From: Octopus sinensis
Taxonomy: Eukaryota
DNA length: 7,963 nt
Assembly (NCBI RefSeq): GCF_006345805.1
Contig: NW_021828584.1
Span: 1-7,963, forward strand
Reading direction: 5' to 3'
Each line of letters begins with the position of its first letter. The stretch's first letter is position 1. The notes beneath the pieces were generated by a model, which saw only the letters and a program-made list of their open reading frames with translations, was not told where the DNA came from and did not search any database. Positions 6,831 through 7,963 of the stretch are shown piece after piece. Position numbers and translations under genes: made by a program.

Positions 6831-7095
6831 GAGAAACATGGAATATATGGGAATATATGAGAATCTTTAAAGTTAATCTTGTACTCCATTTTCTGTCTCT
6901 ATCATTTATTAATATACTCTACCTACACTGAGGAATTCCTGGGGTTGATCCAGCGACAATTGTGTAAATTCCGCGGATGATGTCAGGTAGTCATAGGAAG
7001 GGAACGTGCTTCATCGGCTTACTACGAGAAACATACCAAACACTTAAATATTTACTAATGTGTGTGTGTAATTAGTTAAAACATGCAACAATGTG

Positions 7096-7682
7096 TTAAG
7101 GAGGCGAGCTGGCAGAAACGTTAGCACGCAGGGCGAAATGCTTAGCAGTATTTCGTCTGTATTTACGTTTTGAGTTCAAATTCCGCCGAGGCCGACTTTG
7201 CCTTCCATCCTTTCGGGGTCGATTAAATAAGAACCAGTTACGCACTGGAGTCGATATAATCGACTTTATCCGTTTTTCTGCCCTTGTTTGTCCTCTCTGT
7301 GTTCAGCCCCTTGTGAGTAGTAAAGAAATAGGTATTTAGTCTGTCTTTACGTTCTGAGTTCAAATTCCGCCGAGGTCGACTTTGCCTTTCATCCTTTCGG
7401 GGTCGATTAAATAAGAACCAGTAACGCACTGGAGTCGATATAATCGACTTTATCCGTTTTTCTGTCCTTGTTTGTCCTCTCTGTGTTCAGCCCCTTGTGG
7501 GTAGTAATGAAATAGGTATTTCGTCTGCCGTTTCGTTCTGAGTTCACATTCCGCAGAGGTCGACTTTGCCTTTCATCCTTTTGGAGTCGATAAATTAAGT
7601 ACCAGCTGCCTACTGGAGTCGATCTAATCGACTGGCCTCCTCCCCCAAAATTTCAGGCTTTGTGACTAGAGTAGAAAAGAAT
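7096..7682 (+). mobile_element. SINE family B trimer (head + 184-bp units + tail) with 13-bp TSD ATGCAACAATGTG
   Basis: A-box-like TGGCAGAAACG at 7110-7120 and B-box-like GAGTTCAAATTCC at 7172-7184. Units start at 7148, 7332 and 7516. TSD at 7083-7095 and 7683-7695. Confidence 0.93.
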
Positions 7683-7780
7683 ATGCAACAATGTGCAATG
7701 TTTACCAAAAAGGAAAACTATAATTGTCACTAAATACGTCTAGGGTGTTAGAAACACCTACATTGCTAGAAATAAGAGCT

Positions 7781-7839
7781 ACACACACACATACACACAC
7801 ACACACCATACTACAATCATATATATATATATATATATA
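7781..7839. repeat. (AC)n and (AT)n microsatellites
   Basis: Imperfect AC run at 7781-7806 and AT run at 7819-7839. Confidence 0.9.
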
Positions 7840-7963
7840 CTAGCAGTATCGCCCGGCGTTGCTCGGGTTTGTAAGGGAAAACTATATAAGCATTTTTAGA
7901 GAGTTACTTCCCTTATAGATGCAATTCGAGCTTTCTTAGCCATTTCTGTTTTGGTGTCTTCAA
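7840..7963 (-). mobile_element. Probable Helitron 3' terminus, element continuing beyond the window
   Basis: The minus strand reads CCCGAGCAACGCCGGG (hairpin, 7852-7867), 8 nt, CTAG (7840-7843), then T of a (TA)n tract. This matches the canonical Helitron 3' hairpin + CTRR + T target pattern. Confidence 0.6.

Noticed and set aside
6920-7040. Possible small exon in the unique segment between SINEs
   Set aside because: Only short open frames, weak splice sites and no recognisable peptide.
7096-7190. Genuine tRNA gene at the SINE heads
   Set aside because: A- and B-box-like motifs are present, but the spacing is long, no cloverleaf is evident and the sequence runs into SINE body.
3407-7429. 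Apparent paralogous small proteins sharing WYLIYRPRKDERQSRPRRNLNSER (ORFs 3407..3667, 3945..4286, 5334..5549, 7238..7429)
   Set aside because: All are antisense translations of the same SINE B unit.

Overview
Repeat-dense eukaryotic DNA with no recognisable host gene. The SINE sequences match my recollection of Octopus/cephalopod repeats, which is an inference and not a database result. Most of the window is (i) a 26-bp minisatellite, (ii) copies of at least three tRNA-derived SINE-like families, one forming 175/184-bp tandem multimers, (iii) microsatellites, and (iv) a probable Helitron 3' end at the right edge. The standout is a ~2.04-kb insert (811-2854, minus strand) bounded by an exact 15-bp target-site duplication (GTAAGCAAGCTACTT) that splits the tRNA-like head of a SINE. 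An uninterrupted copy of that site is present at 6799-6813. The insert encodes only an ORF1/Gag-like protein (RRM-like region, one CX2CX4HX4C knuckle, basic linker, unknown C-terminal region; about 418 aa after repairing one frameshift). It has no ORF2/RT, LTRs or TIRs, and both UTRs are rich in hairpins. It looks like an ORF1-only, HAL1-like non-autonomous retrotransposon of L1/Tx1 type. Most other ORFs in the track are translations of SINEs.
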